A program made the translations under genes and the position numbers. Positions 63,706 through 64,000 of a DNA stretch of 64,000 nucleotides are shown here, piece by piece. Positions within the stretch are counted from its first letter, which is position 1. Each line of letters opens with the position of its first letter. The notes under the pieces are model-generated. The model saw only the letters and a program-made list of their open reading frames with translations, was not told the DNA's origin and did not search any database. The stretch comes from Felis catus (lineage: Eukaryota), in contig NC_058383.1 of assembly GCF_018350175.1 (NCBI RefSeq), positions 25,918,001 to 25,982,000 of the forward strand. The letters run 5' to 3'.

Positions 63706-64000
63706 CTAAACAGAATAGATTCATGTCACACAGAATGGATTTCTCGGACACCAACTCCCCCCCAGGGAAAGGCATCTTTCACTCTATGCTTTGTTGTGAA
63801 TAAAGAGGCCAGGGAACAATTTCATTACAGACAGCTCCACGATTTTGAAAACAACGTCCTTACATAACCAAAGTTCCACCGGAAACATTTTTGTTTAAAA
63901 GCTGCCCCCCCTAGCTCGGTGGGGCCAGCCTCCATGGTTCCACTCCATTTGGTATTACAAACTTTTCCCTGCATCACTCGCTTGCTAAAGAAAGGCAGTC

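Noticed and set aside
1..64000. CRISPR arrays, operons, prokaryotic defence systems, rRNA
   Set aside because: Sequence is a mammalian intron-exon region; no regularly spaced repeat-spacer structure or long intronless ORFs

Overview
Mammalian genomic DNA, very probably a cat (Felidae), judged from about 39 tRNA-derived CAN-SINEs of the SINEC_Fc type. The window lies entirely inside one minus-strand gene, VPS35L (C16orf62; Retriever/Commander complex subunit). I traced 21 consecutive coding exons (63705 down to 1293; about exons 6-26 by recalled human numbering). All have GT-AG boundaries and compatible phases, and they splice into an uninterrupted 1785-nt reading frame; both gene ends lie outside the window. 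The introns hold CAN-SINEs, older L1, MLT1/MaLR, MIR and hAT (MER) fossils and simple repeats. Almost all entries in the ORF track are spurious. Best observations: a U12 (minor spliceosome) intron at 37978-38676, a young SINE carrying an apparent 3' transduction inside an exact TSD, a nested four-SINE cluster re-using one target site, a consensus CTCF site next to a 60-nt exon, and clustering of SINE orientation. I found no convincing evidence of a new biological system. Repeat boundaries and subfamily names were assigned by eye and are approximate.
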